Positions 50,938 to 60,830 of a DNA stretch of 64,000 nt are shown in pieces. The stretch's first letter is position 1. Each line of letters opens with the position of its first letter. The notes beneath the pieces are model-generated. The model saw nothing but the letters and a program-made list of their open reading frames with translations, searched no databases and had not been told where the DNA came from. The position numbers and the translations under genes are program-made. The stretch comes from Patescibacteria group bacterium UBA5147 (GTDB taxonomy: Bacteria > Patescibacteriota > Saccharimonadia > UBA4664): positions 152,213 through 216,212 of the forward strand of contig DHXV01000003.1 in assembly GCA_002415345.1 (NCBI GenBank), given 5' to 3'.

Positions 50938-53487
50938 TTAAGCCGATTCCGGGCTAACCGGTAAGATAGCCGTAGCCGGCCGTTCAATCGCAATTGGTTT
51001 GCCTGGGCGGGTCACTAGGCGGATTAGTTCAGCTGCCATCAGGAAGCTGGCGAACACGGTTGCAATAGTTATGACCTCGGCCGTTCCAATCGGTTTTGTT
51101 TCGAGTAGAATGTGCGCCGGCGTAAATTGCATGAGCGACTGAATAATCACTCCCGCAGTCAGTGCGGTAGTCAGAGCCCAATTGGGCTTGCGCAGAACAC
51201 CCCACAAAGGCGTGTGCTCGCTGCGCATGGATAGCGCATTGGCCCACTGAATGACAACCAGGCAAAGGAAGGCCATGGTCTGGGCGATGTCAGGGTTAGT
51301 TGCCCGATAGGCTGAAAATATTCCAAGAACGGTAATTATTATCAGGCTGCCGCTTAAACCCACCCGGATAATCTGCCGACTAGACAAAAGCGGGGCGTTT
51401 GCCGCTACGGGGGGCTGTTTCATCTGGTCGATTTCAGGCGCCTCAAGGCCTAACGGAATCACCGTAATGCCATCGGTGATCATATTGATCCATAGGATTT
51501 GGATGGCTGTAACCGGGAGCGGGATACCCAGCAGCAGGGCGCCCACTATCGTTCCCACCTCGCCTAACGTCGTAGCAAACAAGTACATCAGCATCTTCCG
51601 AACGTTTGCCAGTATGGCCCTCCCAGATCGAATCGCATCCACGATGGTGGTAAAGCTGTTGTTAAGCAGGATTATGTCGGCGGCTTCTTTGGCGGCGTCG
51701 CTCCCCCGTCCGACCGAAATACCGACATCGGCTTTTACCAAGGCCGGAACGTCGTTGACGCCATCGCCGGTCATGGCAGTCGTGAGGTGCCCGTGGTAGG
51801 CGCTCAGCACGGCGTATTTATGCTCCGGCAGGACGCGCGCCAAAGCGTGGGTGGTTAGCAGGCGGTCGCGGATTTGATCGGGAGACAAATTATGAAGGCT
51901 TGTACCGGGGAGTGCATTCTCCTGCACGCCGATTATTCCGGCCTCGCGGGCGATGGTGGTAGCCGTTGCGGGGTTGTCACCGGTAAGCATTACCACGCTG
52001 ATACCTGCGTCTTGCGCGGCCCGGACCGCCGCCGGTATCCCCGGGCGCATGCCGTCAGCCATTGCCACTAGACCCGCGAACGTTAAACCATGCAGGTTGT
52101 GCAAGGCGGGACGAACTAGCTGCGTCGTTTTATAGGCGACAGCAATTACTCGGTAACCCTGGGACGAGAGCTCTGTCAGCTCCTCGTGGATTCGGCGGGC
52201 TTCGCTTCGTGAGAGGTCGCTGGCATCGATGACATGTTCCGGTGCCCCCTTGATGTAAATAATACGATGATTGTCAGACTGCCAAACCGCGCCGCTCATG
52301 CGGTCGGATTGCTCAAACGGCAGCGCTTCCAGTGGTTTGTCTTTGTCTGACGAATCATCAGGTAAGGATTTTGCGATAAGAGCCTCTAATGGATCGTCCG
52401 TATGTCCATGCTGGGTACTAAGCGAACGGCGCAGCAAGCGGCGCAGCCCGTCGTCGTCTGTGCCGTAAGGGACGAATTTCGCCAGTTCCAATTCATTGCG
52501 GGTCATGGTTCCGGTCTTGTCGGTTGCAATGAGGCCTACCTGGCCCAAAGTTTCAACCGCACTTAGGCGTCGGACCAGGGCGTGCCGCTTTGCCATTCGC
52601 TGAACACTGAACAAGAGCACCAAAGTCAGCGCAACCGGCAGGCCTTCGGGTACGGCCGAAACGGCCAGTGACAGTAAAAACCGTATAGCTACCCCGACTT
52701 CCATGCCGCGATAGAGTGACAACCCGAAAATCAACACCAACATGAATCCGATGGCGAAAACTACCTGTCCAGCTAATTTATCGATTTTCCGCTGTAAGGG
52801 GCTTGTTTCCAGCTTTGAGCTGGACAGTTCGGCAATATGCCCTAATTCGCTGTCGTTCCCGGTGGCGGTTACCACGAATTCGCCGGTTCCAGCGCGGACC
52901 AGGCTCCCTGTGTACACCATGTTGACGCGTTCATGCAGGTCTGCGCCAACCTTTAGGGGGTGGGTAGTTTTGGCTACGGGCAACGATTCCCCGGTGAGCA
53001 CGGATTCGTCGATGCTGAGAGATTTGGCCGCGATCAGCCGCCCGTCAGCCGGGACTTTGCCCCCTTCTGCCAACAAAACTATATCGCCGGGAACTAATTC
53101 CGTGAGGTCAACCTTTGACGGCTCGCCGACGCGTAATACTACCACTTTGCTCTGATCATGGGCTTTTAACGTCGCGAGTACACGGTTAGCCGAATACTGC
53201 TGAGCGTAGTAAATAATTGCGTTGACGCTCAGGACGGCCGACATTACGCCCGCATCAAGATATTGCCCCGAGGCTACTGACAAAACGGCAGCCACCAGAA
53301 GGATAACTACGAACAGACTCTTGAACGGCTCAACCAGCCGCCGCCATAGCGGCGGCCCAGCCGCTTCCCTCAGCTGATTGGGGCCGTAAGCCCGGGCTCG
53401 CTGACGCGCCTCTGCGAGCGTTAGGCCGTCGCTGGAGGTGGCGAGTTCGGCCAGTGCTTGGTCGACAGTGATTTCAGCATAGTCCAT
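50938..53487 (-). CDS. cation-transporting P-type ATPase (P2-type, Ca2+/Mg2+-like)
   Basis: DKTGTMT phosphorylation motif, TGES, MTGDGVNDVPAL hinge, 10 TM. Confidence 0.9.
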   Translation of the reverse strand: MDYAEITVDQALAELATSSDGLTLAEARQRARAYGPNQLREAAGPPLWRRLVEPFKSLFVVILLVAAVLSVASGQYLDAGVMSAVLSVNAIIYYAQQYSANRVLATLKAHDQSKVVVLRVGEPSKVDLTELVPGDIVLLAEGGKVPADGRLIAAKSLSIDESVLTGESLPVAKTTHPLKVGADLHERVNMVYTGSLVRAGTGEFVVTATGNDSELGHIAELSSSKLETSPLQRKIDKLAGQVVFAIGFMLVLIFGLSLYRGMEVGVAIRFLLSLAVSAVPEGLPVALTLVLLFSVQRMAKRHALVRRLSAVETLGQVGLIATDKTGTMTRNELELAKFVPYGTDDDGLRRLLRRSLSTQHGHTDDPLEALIAKSLPDDSSDKDKPLEALPFEQSDRMSGAVWQSDNHRIIYIKGAPEHVIDASDLSRSEARRIHEELTELSSQGYRVIAVAYKTTQLVRPALHNLHGLTFAGLVAMADGMRPGIPAAVRAAQDAGISVVMLTGDNPATATTIAREAGIIGVQENALPGTSLHNLSPDQIRDRLLTTHALARVLPEHKYAVLSAYHGHLTTAMTGDGVNDVPALVKADVGISVGRGSDAAKEAADIILLNNSFTTIVDAIRSGRAILANVRKMLMYLFATTLGEVGTIVGALLLGIPLPVTAIQILWINMITDGITVIPLGLEAPEIDQMKQPPVAANAPLLSSRQIIRVGLSGSLIIITVLGIFSAYRATNPDIAQTMAFLCLVVIQWANALSMRSEHTPLWGVLRKPNWALTTALTAGVIIQSLMQFTPAHILLETKPIGTAEVITIATVFASFLMAAELIRLVTRPGKPIAIERPATAILPVSPESA

Positions 53488-53526
53488 AAGTCTATCTTAG
53501 CAGAGTAAAGCTTATGCTATGAAACT

Positions 53527-54093
53527 TTAGTAGGAGATGATTTTGCCCATGACGGCTGAGGCGGGAACCAAGCCGTTTATGGCGTCCACATCGTCACCTT
53601 TTTCGTAATAGTAACCGGCAGGGACGACTATATCACCAAAATCCGGATCGGATGTCACGTCATGCTGGATAGCTCCGCCGTTTACGCTGACACGGCCGCC
53701 CCATATTCGGACGGTATCGCCCGGTATGCCGATGATGCGATGAGACCATTGCGTCTCGGAAAATTCCGCAACTGGACGAAACACCACGATATCGCCCCGC
53801 TTGGGCGAGGTGTGCAGATAACTCATTCGGTCAGCCACTATCACTTTACCGACAGGAATCGTCGGGGTCATGGATCCGCTGATAATCACTAGGCGCGGAT
53901 AGACGTACAGCGCCAGGTACGTAAGGAGTACCGCCGTACCAAACAGCAGGATGCGTCGGTATCTGTCCGTAATCTCGGCCCGTGATGGGGCAAGGTGTAT
54001 GGAAAATATGGTTGATTCTGATATAGGAAACGCTCGCATGGCCACACTTTTACTTGAATCGATTACTATAGCAGATAACAACCAACAAGTCAA
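53527..54093 (-). CDS. lepB: signal peptidase I
   Basis: SGSMTPTI (catalytic Ser box), RGDIVVF, GDTVRI boxes. True start may be an internal Met. Confidence 0.85.
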   Translation of the reverse strand: MTCWLLSAIVIDSSKSVAMRAFPISESTIFSIHLAPSRAEITDRYRRILLFGTAVLLTYLALYVYPRLVIISGSMTPTIPVGKVIVADRMSYLHTSPKRGDIVVFRPVAEFSETQWSHRIIGIPGDTVRIWGGRVSVNGGAIQHDVTSDPDFGDIVVPAGYYYEKGDDVDAINGLVPASAVMGKIISY

Positions 54094-54107
54094 TTCTCAA
54101 GCTGGGC

Positions 54108-54713
54108 TTGTTCGGCGCTGAACGGTATAATACCTCAACGATGGCACTAATCTCCCCAGCACAAATAGGCGTTATTCGAGACGCTCAAACCAATGTCTTG
54201 GCCATGCGGCTCCAGGAGGTGGAAGTGTGCGAGTACTGGAGCGTTATTTTTTCGCCAAAAGGGGTGGCTACGCTGACTAAGCAGGACATGACCGGTTTCC
54301 TTAGTTTCCGGCAGAACCGCCGTTGGCGCGAAATCAGCAAAGAGGACGTCGCGGTAGACATGCCACGGCTGCGCACGGCCTTGGGAATACTCATCGATGA
54401 GGAGACCAGCATCACCGAGCGGCTGGACCGCCTGGAACCTGGCCGGGGTACCGAGGCCGTACCTTATTTGGGCAAAGCCAAGCTCTCGCCGATCCTGTTA
54501 GTTACAAATCCTCGCCGGTACGGCGTTTGGAATGATTATAGCGAGCGGGCACTTCGCGGCATGGGGCTGTTTCCTGATTTTGCTGCCGGCGATCACTTGG
54601 GTGCGCAATATTGTGCCGTCAATGAGGTGTTGCTGGGCCTTGCCGCAGAGTACAGTTTAAGTCTCTGGCGGCTGGATATTATCCTGGAACAGTTGGCCCG
54701 CCTGGTTCGTTAG
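54108..54713 (+). CDS. hypothetical protein
   Basis: 201-aa ORF, no motif recognised. Confidence 0.5.
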   Translation: MFGAERYNTSTMALISPAQIGVIRDAQTNVLAMRLQEVEVCEYWSVIFSPKGVATLTKQDMTGFLSFRQNRRWREISKEDVAVDMPRLRTALGILIDEETSITERLDRLEPGRGTEAVPYLGKAKLSPILLVTNPRRYGVWNDYSERALRGMGLFPDFAAGDHLGAQYCAVNEVLLGLAAEYSLSLWRLDIILEQLARLVR

Positions 54714-54787
54714 GCAATCGGCCTCCCCTCTCCTGCGTAGATACAATGATATGGAATGCTTATGCTTCGTTTTCTGCCGGAACGCTA

Positions 54788-54835
54788 AACCGCAGTAACC
54801 TGTCCGACACATGCCGGACGTTGGTTACTGCGGTT
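54788..54835. terminator. nested double hairpin between convergent genes (candidate bidirectional terminator)
   Basis: AACCGCAGTAACC t [GTCCG acacatgc CGGAC] gttg GGTTACTGCGGTT: 13-bp outer stem enclosing a 5-bp inner hairpin. Confidence 0.5.
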
Positions 54836-54857
54836 GTTCTGTTACGGTGAGAAGAAG

Positions 54858-55397
54858 TTAGGCGCGGGCTGCCTTCGTAAAGCACAGCAGCGATCCGAGC
54901 AGGAACAATGCGGCTCCAACCAAGCAGGCAATCGCTGCGTACCCGGCAATTGTTCCGAGTACGGAGAATGCGTAGGCGGTCAGCAGGCTGGACCTAAGCA
55001 TATCGCCCTGGAACAGCGTAGACTTAACAGCGGCCAACTTTGCATCAGTCGGGTTCGCCCGGGAAGCGTTACTGGCTTCAGCGTAGGTTTTGCCGCCTGA
55101 AGTCGCCATCATATGAACCCAAATGTAGTCGTCGGCGTAGGCCTTGGCCTTGACGCCGTTATCGACTGCCTGGCCGCCGTACTGCTGCAGGGTGGGAAAC
55201 TCTTTTGCAGTCATTGCCGGACTGTCTGCGGCGGCAAAGGAAATTTTTTCCTGTACCAGCTGGTTGTTAACTTGAGTGTCGGCGAACTGCATTCCCATGG
55301 CTAAGAGTCCGGATCCTGCAAGCAGCAGAACGGCTACGCCTAAGCTTACGAGCGCTAGAAAACGATGAAACTGTTTTTGCGTGACATTTTTTGACAT
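54858..55397 (-). CDS. hypothetical membrane protein (N- and C-terminal TM helices)
   Basis: 179 aa with two terminal hydrophobic helices. Confidence 0.5.
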   Translation of the reverse strand: MSKNVTQKQFHRFLALVSLGVAVLLLAGSGLLAMGMQFADTQVNNQLVQEKISFAAADSPAMTAKEFPTLQQYGGQAVDNGVKAKAYADDYIWVHMMATSGGKTYAEASNASRANPTDAKLAAVKSTLFQGDMLRSSLLTAYAFSVLGTIAGYAAIACLVGAALFLLGSLLCFTKAARA

Positions 55398-55479
55398 GAT
55401 TAAATTCCTTATGGTATCAGCATAACACGATAACCATAACCGCTATGTGATTTACCTCACATTTACCCTTCAAGCGTGA

Positions 55480-55848
55480 TCAGGCTTGCGTATTGGTTTT
55501 GACTCTGCGTGACAAGACTGTCTCGGCGGTCGGGATGATCCGGCCCCGTTTCTTCTTATCACCCGGTAGTCCGGTCAGCAGGAGATAACCCTGCCACAAC
55601 CTTTCACCGACATTAAGCTCCAGGTGCTGGAGGTCGGCAAGTTCAGGCTCATCCTCTACCTGATACAGACGGTACCCCCCCGATGCCAGAATATGGTCGG
55701 TCTCGTGCGGGTTGTGCGACGTCACTAATATCTCGCCGATATTCTTCACCACGATCCACGCGTACACGTCATCGTCCAAGGTCAGAATCTTGACCTGATC
55801 CTTGGTTTCAATCAACTTGTACGTTCCTTTTTGTAATACGGTAATCAT
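55480..55848 (-). CDS. hypothetical protein
   Basis: 122-aa ORF. Confidence 0.45.
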   Translation of the reverse strand: MITVLQKGTYKLIETKDQVKILTLDDDVYAWIVVKNIGEILVTSHNPHETDHILASGGYRLYQVEDEPELADLQHLELNVGERLWQGYLLLTGLPGDKKKRGRIIPTAETVLSRRVKTNTQA

Positions 55849-55919
55849 ATGACCACTTTATTACGGTCATGGGTCGGTGTCAGTGACCTGAATCATAGTC
55901 AGGGATTGATCAAGGTCGT

Positions 55920-56567
55920 TTAGCGGCCTCCAGTCAGTTCATTCTCCAGCAGTTTAATATCGGGAATAATTATCAATTTATTCGTAACCGTTAGAAGCCC
56001 TTCGGCCTTCAGCTTGCTCATGCCGCGGCTAACTGTTTCCCTGGTCAGACCGGCCCGGGCGCCGATATCCGATTCATTAAAACTGAGGACATACCCGCCG
56101 CTTTCCTCCTCGCCGAACCGCCTGCATTCGATGATCAGCTCATACAGGACGCGACTTTTGGCGGTGCTCGACATTAGGTAAGCCATTCGCCGAAGTATCC
56201 CGTCAGTGCCTCGATACACGCGGCTCAGCAGATCATAGAGGACATCTGAATTGTCTTGGATAAACGAGATCACCTCATCAAACGGCGCCATCCGCAGCTC
56301 AACGTCTGAGTCGGCTTCGTAAAAGTACTCGTTCGGGGTTCGATTGATGGCAAACGACATCGGAAAAAGTGCAGGTGGCTTAAATATATTGAGAACCGAC
56401 TCATCGCCGCGGTATGACAGGTCGTATTGCTTAACTTTACCTACCGCAAGATAGAAAATACATTCCGGGTCATCATCAGCGTGTATGAGTATTTGACCTT
56501 TCTTATAGTGGCGAACCGGAAACTGTTCAAAGAAGTCGGATATTTTATTAGCAACTTCTGGCTTCAT
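55920..56567 (-). CDS. Crp/Fnr-family transcriptional regulator (cNMP-binding + HTH)
   Basis: C-terminal HTH ESDIGARAGLTRETVSRGMSKLKAEGLL; N-terminal beta-roll. Confidence 0.8.
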   Translation of the reverse strand: MKPEVANKISDFFEQFPVRHYKKGQILIHADDDPECIFYLAVGKVKQYDLSYRGDESVLNIFKPPALFPMSFAINRTPNEYFYEADSDVELRMAPFDEVISFIQDNSDVLYDLLSRVYRGTDGILRRMAYLMSSTAKSRVLYELIIECRRFGEEESGGYVLSFNESDIGARAGLTRETVSRGMSKLKAEGLLTVTNKLIIIPDIKLLENELTGGR

Positions 56568-56613
56568 ATTGCACCAATGTGTAAATTACTCTAATTATAG
56601 CACTTTTTACTGG

Positions 56614-56629
56614 TGTGATATCGATCACT
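56614..56629. promoter_or_regulatory. CRP-like palindromic operator TGTGATATCGATCACT in the crp / ABC-transporter divergent intergenic region
   Basis: Matches the TGTGA-N6-TCACA consensus at 9 of 10 arm positions; 35 bp from the Crp-family gene start, 124 bp upstream of the ABC ATPase gene. Confidence 0.5.
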
Positions 56630-56752
56630 CCCTACCGACTAAACGCTTCGTAGCCATATGAAACAGCTAGTTGAATTGATAAAATGCACAGGAATTTCAC
56701 GAATTTGCTATAATAAAGCCAAGAAATGCCTGTATTCAAAAAGGACTAAGCA

Positions 56753-57631
56753 ATGTCGGCAATCACGATCTCAAAACTCGTTAAAAGGTATGGTTCTAAT
56801 CCGGCACTCCGTGATGTTTCACTCACAGTAGAAACAGGAGAGATTTATGGGTTTCTCGGACCTAACGGCGCCGGCAAAACCACAACTATCCGCTGCATGA
56901 TGGACTTTATCCGGCCGGATGGCGGGTCCATCAAAGTATTCGGCAAGGATGCCCACACGGATACGGTGGCGGTTAAACAGTTTATTGGTTATCTCCCTGC
57001 CGACAGCCAGTTGTATCCGAAGTGGACCGCCAAGGACCATGTGGAGTTTATTAATTCAGTTAGAGGCTACTCGAGCAGCACGGCAGCTCTTATGGCCCGA
57101 CTTGATTTGGATCCAAACAAACAACTGCGACATATGTCGACGGGTAATAAACAAAAACTCGGTTTGATAGTGGCCCTGCAAGGAAAGCCCGAGCTGCTGA
57201 TCCTTGATGAACCGACCAAAGGCCTTGACCCCCTATTGCAGCATGAGATGTACGCGATTTTGAAAGAATATGTCGCTGGGGGCGGTACAGTCTTTTTGTC
57301 TTCGCACAACCTGGCAGAAGTCGAGCGTATCTGCACCAATGTCGGTATTATCCGGGACGGTAAGATTGTGGCCAGCAAGAGCATGGAAGATATTCGAGCG
57401 ATGAAGATTCATCTGGTAACCGCTCTGGTGGCAGGCACTGTAAAGCCGGATGATCTAAAGGTTAGCGGGACCGAGGTTATCACAGCCTCGAATGGGCAGG
57501 TTGTGCTCAAAGTAAGGGGAGACTTGAATCCTCTCATTGCCAAGCTAAGTGCCTACGACGTCAGGGATCTCGAAATAACGCATGCCCCATTGGAAGACAT
57601 ATTCATGGAATATTACAGGAGTGAATCATGA
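56753..57631 (+). CDS. ABC transporter ATP-binding protein (ABC-2 / DrrA-like exporter ATPase)
   Basis: Walker A GPNGAGKTT, signature LSTGNKQKL, Walker B LILDEPT. Confidence 0.9.
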   Translation: MSAITISKLVKRYGSNPALRDVSLTVETGEIYGFLGPNGAGKTTTIRCMMDFIRPDGGSIKVFGKDAHTDTVAVKQFIGYLPADSQLYPKWTAKDHVEFINSVRGYSSSTAALMARLDLDPNKQLRHMSTGNKQKLGLIVALQGKPELLILDEPTKGLDPLLQHEMYAILKEYVAGGGTVFLSSHNLAEVERICTNVGIIRDGKIVASKSMEDIRAMKIHLVTALVAGTVKPDDLKVSGTEVITASNGQVVLKVRGDLNPLIAKLSAYDVRDLEITHAPLEDIFMEYYRSES

Positions 57632-58428
57632 TACCGATACTTAAAAAGGAGCTGGGTAGTAAACGGACTTCACTCTTTGTGTATTGCCTGGCGATTTACG
57701 GCCTCGCTTGGATGTATATTTCCCTTTACCCCACTATTCAAGAGCAATCTGCGGTACTGTCTAAAACCCTGGAGTCGTTCGGCAGCGGACTCAAGGCTTT
57801 TGGAATCACCGATTTTGGTTTCGACACTCTTGAAAAGTATCTGTCCGTCGAGTTATTCGGCATCACCTGGCCGCTGCTGGTAATAACCTTCGTGGCGGCA
57901 CGTGCCGGACAGGCGCTGGCCGGGGAGACCGAAAAAGGCACGATCGGAGTATTACTGGCCCTACCGGTGCGTCGAACTCATATCTTCCTGGCCAAGTATT
58001 TTTCCGGCGTGATAGCATTGTTGATATTTGTGTCGGTAACCGTATTTGCATCGCCCCTCATAGCTACCGTATATGGCATAAGCTACAGTCTCAATAGTTT
58101 CGTCCTCCTATGGGTGATCTGTCTGTTATTCAGTTGGGCGCTCTATAGTTTGGGAATGTTCTTATCCGCAATCTTCAGCGAAAAAGGGCATGTTTATCTC
58201 TCGATCGGCGGAATATTAATGCTGATGTACGTGGCTAATATAATCGCTGAATTAAACGATAAGCTGTCATGGCTGAAATACGGCTCGGCTTTCCACTACT
58301 TTTCAGCATCCGAGGCCTTGATTTCAAACCAGATCAGTCTGCCGGCAGTTTATGTGTTCGGAGGTACCATAATCGCTTTCACGTTGGCAGGTATGGCTTG
58401 GTTTGGAAAAAGGGACATTATAGTTTAA
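57628..58428 (+). CDS. ABC-2 type transporter permease (6 TM)
   Basis: Overlaps the ATPase stop; polytopic hydrophobic protein. Confidence 0.75.
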   Translation: MIPILKKELGSKRTSLFVYCLAIYGLAWMYISLYPTIQEQSAVLSKTLESFGSGLKAFGITDFGFDTLEKYLSVELFGITWPLLVITFVAARAGQALAGETEKGTIGVLLALPVRRTHIFLAKYFSGVIALLIFVSVTVFASPLIATVYGISYSLNSFVLLWVICLLFSWALYSLGMFLSAIFSEKGHVYLSIGGILMLMYVANIIAELNDKLSWLKYGSAFHYFSASEALISNQISLPAVYVFGGTIIAFTLAGMAWFGKRDIIV

Positions 58429-58453
58429 TTTATTGATTTTCCGGTAAGGGCTG

Positions 58454-58927
58454 TTATAACTCTGCCGCAAGTAAGCCTCGTGACCAGCCAGTTGCCCGTT
58501 CAAGCTCCCCGTCTTTAAGTGGCCCCTCTTTGCCTATGACGATAAATCCTTCCGGTGCCTGAACCATTTCCCCGCTTTTGGCCTCGATTGCAACGGACAT
58601 CTTTTCAGCCGCATAACCTAGCGTTTTCATAAAGAGCCGCAGGACCATACCTTGATCATTCTCAGCCAAACGGGTGTCAAAGGCCGCAAATTTGACCCCG
58701 CTGAACTTTGGCAGAGCAGTGATAAAGTCCTGAATAGCCTGCGTTGCTCTCCCAGCTTGCGTTGGAGAGCCGATTATTAGCAGATCTATCCCGGCCAGTT
58801 TGGAGTTATCCGCTTCATCGACGAGCAGCACGATGCTCTGGCCGTAGTCGCGCACTGCCGCCCCGATTGCGTGGGCTACCTTAGCCGTATTCCCATAGGC
58901 AGAATCATAAACAATCACGCTATTCAT
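58454..58927 (-). CDS. flavodoxin-family protein
   Basis: N-terminal FMN phosphate loop VIVYDSAYGNTAKVA; LIIGSPT. Confidence 0.75.
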   Translation of the reverse strand: MNSVIVYDSAYGNTAKVAHAIGAAVRDYGQSIVLLVDEADNSKLAGIDLLIIGSPTQAGRATQAIQDFITALPKFSGVKFAAFDTRLAENDQGMVLRLFMKTLGYAAEKMSVAIEAKSGEMVQAPEGFIVIGKEGPLKDGELERATGWSRGLLAAEL

Positions 58928-59077
58928 AACTGTCCCTAGCTTCTACATTTACTTTAAACCGGACTAGATAGATTCGGCGTGATATAAATCACTTCAGAAA
59001 CGTGATTATGGCCATAGTAACCGTGGCCTGATTCCGGCACTATATCGACTTCCTTCATATGGCATAGAAATAACTAA

Positions 59078-59107
59078 CCCCACCCGCAAAGTGCGCGGAT
59101 GGGGTTT
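59078..59107 (-). terminator. candidate terminator downstream of phaC
   Basis: 10-bp GC-rich stem with one mismatch (CCCCACCCGC / GCGCGGATGGGG) followed by a short T-run. Confidence 0.4.
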
Positions 59108-59151
59108 GGACCGTTAGACGGTCTGGGTGATAGGTTCATTAGTCGTATTGG

Positions 59152-60666
59152 CTACTGAATCAGGCCGTAGGCGTAGGGTCCGGGAGATACGCCCAGGTTT
59201 ATTGAAGGCAACACTGATGCAGGAACCAGAGGGCCCGAGTACTGCTCGACCCACGCTCCGTAGGGGGTGACCCAAGAGCCTGTGCAGGCCGTCGACCGGC
59301 TTATGATCGATTCGACATCGTCGAAGGGCCCCTGGCTATAGCGGTACTTACCCTTTTCGAAATCAAGGCGGATGGCACCGATGTGCCCGTTTTCGGTAAT
59401 GTATAGCTGCTCGAGCTGACCCATGAGGAGCATGCCGGCAATCGAGGTTTTCGGAGGTACGATGTGATCGAGCCAGCCGACTATCCCCGCTGTGGGAACC
59501 TTGTTCTTGATCTTGAGAACGTGGCCGGCGACCTCGAACTTGTTCTGGGCGAACAGGTTGTTCAGGTAGCACGCCATCAGGTAATCACGATGCATCACAG
59601 GTGGCAGGTTGGTTCCATCTTTGTTCCAGGCTAGGTAGGGAGATTTGGATGGCGCCTTGCCCATGAGGAACTGGTCGATGGCCATTGAAAGGATGAGGTC
59701 CCAGACACTCATCCACCTGAATCCGGCGTTCATGTCGGCTCCGGCCATAACGCCGTTTTTGGACGCCTTTTTCCAGGCGGCATCAACGACATTCTGGTCG
59801 ATCATTGCACCCATGACTCCGGTATCGCCGGAGAAATCAGTGAGGGTATTGATGTACGCCACGCTTTTGACGACATCCCTCCCCTGAGCCTCCATAAGTG
59901 ACAAGGCCATGGCCAAGATTGTCCCACCAAGACAGAGGGCCATGGCGTTGATCTCTTCGTCCCCGATTGCATCAATGGCCTCAATGACGGCCAAGATGTA
60001 ATCAGCAAAGGTAACGTCGGTCATTGTCAGATCGGCACTGTGCCAATACATCATGTCGACAGAAATCCCTAAATCAAGGGCATCCCTAACGAGGCTCTTG
60101 CCATCGACGAAGTCCATGATAACGCCCTGATTGATAGGCGGCGGGACAAAGAGCGTCCGAACCTTTCGAACCATGGTGGTTGTAGCGGCATAGCGGACGA
60201 TATCAAAGAGCCTTCCGTGGTAGATAACTACCTTGGGCGTCACCCCGATATTCTCGCCAATCTTGTAGTCCGATGAGTCGACGAGCTCGGGCAGGCCGTC
60301 GTTTGTCAACACTGCCTTCAGATAGGCCTGAACTCCCTTGACCACCGACATTCCCCCTGTGCGCCATGCTTCCTGTTGGGCGTCGGCGTTGAAGGGGAAC
60401 AAGAGCTGCGGTGCGCCGAAATCAACCGCGCACTGGGCTTTGTAATCGATAATTTGACCGTCTTTTGGCGAGCTGAAAAGCTTAGCCAAGCGAGCAACGG
60501 CGTCAACCTGGGCGGCATACAGCCGGTAGGCGACGTCGGCAGCGATCAATGCCGGAACCTGCTGATTCAGCGGGTTTTTCGAGAGCCGCAACTTGGAAGC
60601 CATTGTACATCTCCTATTACTAGGTAGAACAGAAGCCCGGCCCTGCTCGGGTCGGACATTTGACAT
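59152..60666 (-). CDS. phaC: poly(3-hydroxyalkanoate) synthase PhaC-like alpha/beta hydrolase
   Basis: Lipase box INAMALCLGGTI aligns with class I PhaC INVLGFCVGGTI (catalytic Cys kept, first Gly replaced by Ala); WNKDGTNLPPVMHRDYLMACYLNN matches the PhaC WN.D.T..P...H..YL motif. Confidence 0.75.
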   Translation of the reverse strand: MSNVRPEQGRASVLPSNRRCTMASKLRLSKNPLNQQVPALIAADVAYRLYAAQVDAVARLAKLFSSPKDGQIIDYKAQCAVDFGAPQLLFPFNADAQQEAWRTGGMSVVKGVQAYLKAVLTNDGLPELVDSSDYKIGENIGVTPKVVIYHGRLFDIVRYAATTTMVRKVRTLFVPPPINQGVIMDFVDGKSLVRDALDLGISVDMMYWHSADLTMTDVTFADYILAVIEAIDAIGDEEINAMALCLGGTILAMALSLMEAQGRDVVKSVAYINTLTDFSGDTGVMGAMIDQNVVDAAWKKASKNGVMAGADMNAGFRWMSVWDLILSMAIDQFLMGKAPSKSPYLAWNKDGTNLPPVMHRDYLMACYLNNLFAQNKFEVAGHVLKIKNKVPTAGIVGWLDHIVPPKTSIAGMLLMGQLEQLYITENGHIGAIRLDFEKGKYRYSQGPFDDVESIISRSTACTGSWVTPYGAWVEQYSGPLVPASVLPSINLGVSPGPYAYGLIQ

Positions 60667-60830
60667 CGCATAGACAATCTCAGAGCAGAGCCACTAACGG
60701 TGGCTGTTCCGCTCGCACATTGGGAATGAGCTGACGGCAACCGTCCACTTTCAGTCTGCTCGAATTTGGCAATATAGTCAATAAATCAAGTCTAACACTA
60801 TGTGTTTTTAGTTATATCTGACGAATATCG

